Assembly: GCF_037042905.1 (NCBI RefSeq)
Contig: NC_087255.1
Location: 26,288,001 to 26,352,000 of the forward strand
From: Lytechinus pictus
Taxonomy: Eukaryota
Length of the DNA stretch: 64,000 nt
Direction of reading: 5' to 3'
Shown here: positions 61,756 to 64,000 of the stretch, piece by piece
How positions within the stretch are numbered: position 1 is the first letter of the stretch
How the letters are laid out: every line of letters starts with the position of its first letter
Translations under genes and position numbers: made by a program
The notes under the pieces: model-generated
What the model was told of the DNA's origin: nothing
The model's database searches: none
What the model saw: the letters and a program-made list of their open reading frames with translations, nothing else

Positions 61756-64000
61756 ATGGCGGAATTTTCTTTGGACGATTTCGTTGATTCTCCCAGTGTT
61801 GAGAAGTTGCTGGTTCTGAAGAAGGTTCATCTCTTGGAGATTGCTCATCATTACCAGGTTGCTGAGGTAAGGACTACTTGGCGTAAATTAGAAATTCTGA
61901 AAGCTGTAATTCAGTGGTTTGTGGAAGAGGAAGATGTTCTGCCACTTGAGGCTTTATCTAAGGTTCCGATTGAGTCTGTGAATGTGGACTTGACAGAACA
62001 ATTACGTTTAAAAGAGTTGGAATTAGAGATAGCGAAAGTTGAACTTGAACGAGAACAAGTAGTTTTGAGAAGGGAGCATGAGAATGCTAGAGAAAGAGAA
62101 GAAATTAGGCAAGTAAAGTCTGATTTTGATGTTGCGAAACATGTTCGAATGGTTCCCGTTTTTCAGGAGGGGGAGGAGATAGAGAAATATTTCCTTCACT
62201 TTGAAAAGGTAGCTGTTAGTTTGAGTTGGCCGCAAGAAAAATGGTCACACTTGTTACAATCTCAGTTGAAGGGTAAAGCTCGAGATGCTTATTCAGCTTT
62301 GTCAGTTGATGATGCGGGTCGTTATGACGTTGTAAAAGCAGCAGTGTTGCGTGCTTATGAGCTTGTACCGGAGGCGTACCGTCAACAATTTCGGAAAACA
62401 CGCAAAGATGAGACCGAAACTCATCTTGAGTTTGCTAGGCGCAAACAACAGTTGTTTGATAGATGGAGTTCGTCACTCCATGCAGATAGCTTTGATAAGC
62501 TTAGAGAAATAATTCTTCTCGAAGAGTTTAAGCGTAGTGTGCATTTCGATGTTAGGTTGCATCTTGAAGAGCAGCAAATAGGAACGCTTAATGAAGCAGC
62601 GAAGCTTGCAGATGATTATGCGCTAACGCACAAAATCACAAACAAAAAATCAGATGAGACAAACAAATCTGGAAAGTGGAAAAACAAAAACAAAAATGGT
62701 GCTTCAGCACACAACAAGAAAGAAGTAAAACCACAATCTAAAGATGACGAGCAAGAAAAGAAATGCTATGCATGTCACAAGGTTGGTCATTTTAAAGCAA
62801 AGTGTCCTACACTTAAAGGAAAAACAAGTGAATCAAGTAATGCACATCCAAATGCATTTGTGAATAATTTGCTAAGTTCAGAGAGTAGGATTGAGCCAGT
62901 TAACTTAGAGAAATTGAAAAAGCAATATGAACCGTTTGTTTCTGTAGGATATGTTTCCCTAGCTGGTAGTGTCGAAGCAAGAAAAGTGAAAGTGTTGCGT
63001 GATACTGGTTCTTCTCAGTCTTTGATTTTGGAGAGTGTGTTGCCTTTTGGTGAGAAATCTTGTGTTGGAACTAGTGTTTTGCTCCAAGGAATAGGAGATG
63101 GCTTTGTAAAAGCACCCCTTCATGTGGTAGACTTGAAATCAGACCTTGTTTCTGGCAGTGTGAAAATAGCTGTGAGACCATCACTTCCGATGGCAGATGT
63201 TTCCATCATTTTAGGGAATGATCTTGCTGGTGATAAAGTTGTACCATGTCCAGTTGTGAGTGCTATTCCGTGCGAGAGTAGTAAAACAGAGCAGTTGGTT
63301 GCAGAATTTCCTACTGTGTTTCCGTCTTGTGCTGTAACTCGTTCGATGGCAAAGAAAGTAGAATCTGAATCGAAGTCTAGTGAGATAGATGAGGTTAAAT
63401 TGGGAGATTCTTTCTTTTGTCGTTTGGTTGATGATGAATGTGAATCAAATGTGAATGAGGGTGCAGGAGAAACTCAAAGTACAGAAGAGAAAAGTAAATG
63501 TGAACCAATGCCGATAAGTAAGAGTAAGTTGTTAGAGGAGCAACAAAAAGATCCTCAGTTAGTATCCATGTTTGAGAGAGCGATCTCCGAGGAGGAGGCA
63601 TTGACCGTGCCTGTTTGTTATTATACGAAGTCAGGTGTTTTGATGAGAAAGTGGAGGCCGATAGATGTTCCTGCTGATGAAGTTTGGAAAGAGGTCCACC
63701 AGATTGTAGTTCCTTCTACTTATAGGCCGGAAATACTTAGTCTTGCTCATGAAGCACCACTTGCAGGTCACTTGGGAGTCTATAAGACTCGGGAAAAAAT
63801 CCTTTCTCATTTCTTTTGGCCGGGTTTACAAAAGGATGTTGCAAACTATTGCAGAAGTTGTCATGTATGTCAGGTAGTAGGTAAACCGAATCAGAAAATA
63901 CCAGTCGCGCCATTAAAACCAGTGCCAGCGTTCGATGAACCGTTTGCAAGAATAATCATAGATTGCGTAGGTCCGCTTCCGAGGACAAAAGTGGGTAATG
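61756..64000 (+). CDS. Gag-Pol polyprotein of a Gmr1-like Gypsy retrotransposon (open to the window end)
   Basis: One frame from ATG 61756 encodes: coiled coil (LRLKELELE), SCAN-like capsid (YFLHFEKVA..WP..KW..LKGKA..AY; AYELVPEAYRQQFR; ILLEEFK), CCHC knuckle (CYACHKVGHFKAKC, ~62764), protease (LRDTGSSQS, 63001), integrase HHCC (AHEAPLAGHLG..FFWPG..CRSCHVC) and core start (IDCVGPLP). It is absent from the ORF track, consistent with having no stop in the window. Confidence 0.92.
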   Translation, partial: MAEFSLDDFVDSPSVEKLLVLKKVHLLEIAHHYQVAEVRTTWRKLEILKAVIQWFVEEEDVLPLEALSKVPIESVNVDLTEQLRLKELELEIAKVELEREQVVLRREHENAREREEIRQVKSDFDVAKHVRMVPVFQEGEEIEKYFLHFEKVAVSLSWPQEKWSHLLQSQLKGKARDAYSALSVDDAGRYDVVKAAVLRAYELVPEAYRQQFRKTRKDETETHLEFARRKQQLFDRWSSSLHADSFDKLREIILLEEFKRSVHFDVRLHLEEQQIGTLNEAAKLADDYALTHKITNKKSDETNKSGKWKNKNKNGASAHNKKEVKPQSKDDEQEKKCYACHKVGHFKAKCPTLKGKTSESSNAHPNAFVNNLLSSESRIEPVNLEKLKKQYEPFVSVGYVSLAGSVEARKVKVLRDTGSSQSLILESVLPFGEKSCVGTSVLLQGIGDGFVKAPLHVVDLKSDLVSGSVKIAVRPSLPMADVSIILGNDLAGDKVVPCPVVSAIPCESSKTEQLVAEFPTVFPSCAVTRSMAKKVESESKSSEIDEVKLGDSFFCRLVDDECESNVNEGAGETQSTEEKSKCEPMPISKSKLLEEQQKDPQLVSMFERAISEEEALTVPVCYYTKSGVLMRKWRPIDVPADEVWKEVHQIVVPSTYRPEILSLAHEAPLAGHLGVYKTREKILSHFFWPGLQKDVANYCRSCHVCQVVGKPNQKIPVAPLKPVPAFDEPFARIIIDCVGPLPRTKVGN

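Noticed and set aside
62023-63949. Minus-strand short ORFs within the Gypsy element
   Set aside because: Shadow ORFs opposite the long gag-pol frame, with no recognisable motifs.

Overview
AT-rich, intron- and transposon-rich animal genomic DNA. It is probably an invertebrate deuterostome such as a sea urchin; this is inferred from the repeat and gene families, not proven. In order, the window holds: (1) the 3' 17 coding exons of RIC1 (+, 799-13442), with a 5'-truncated Rex1/Babar-type LINE in an intron; (2) two tandem paralogous type-I membrane receptor genes (+, 20686-26971 and ~38639/43818-52809), which the ORF track shows only in fragments; (3) a 4-exon SLC16/MCT-family MFS transporter (-, 55260-60648); (4) the 5' part of an apparently intact Gmr1-like Gypsy LTR retrotransposon (LTR 60790-61051, tRNA-Pro PBS, one open gag-PR-IN frame running off the window). 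The two receptors share the layout signal peptide - C-type lectin (QPD/WDD) - atypical Ig - FN3 - TM - short kinase-less tyrosine-rich tail. One tail has a canonical ITAM plus duplicated YxxL motifs. The other has YxxP/YxxL/YxxM/YxN docking motifs. Introns and intergenic DNA contain nested DNA transposons, many MITEs, a CR1-like LINE, a SINE, two minisatellites and two assembly gaps. The lectin-Ig-FN3-ITAM receptor pair is the best candidate for an undescribed system. All exon models and translations were made by hand.
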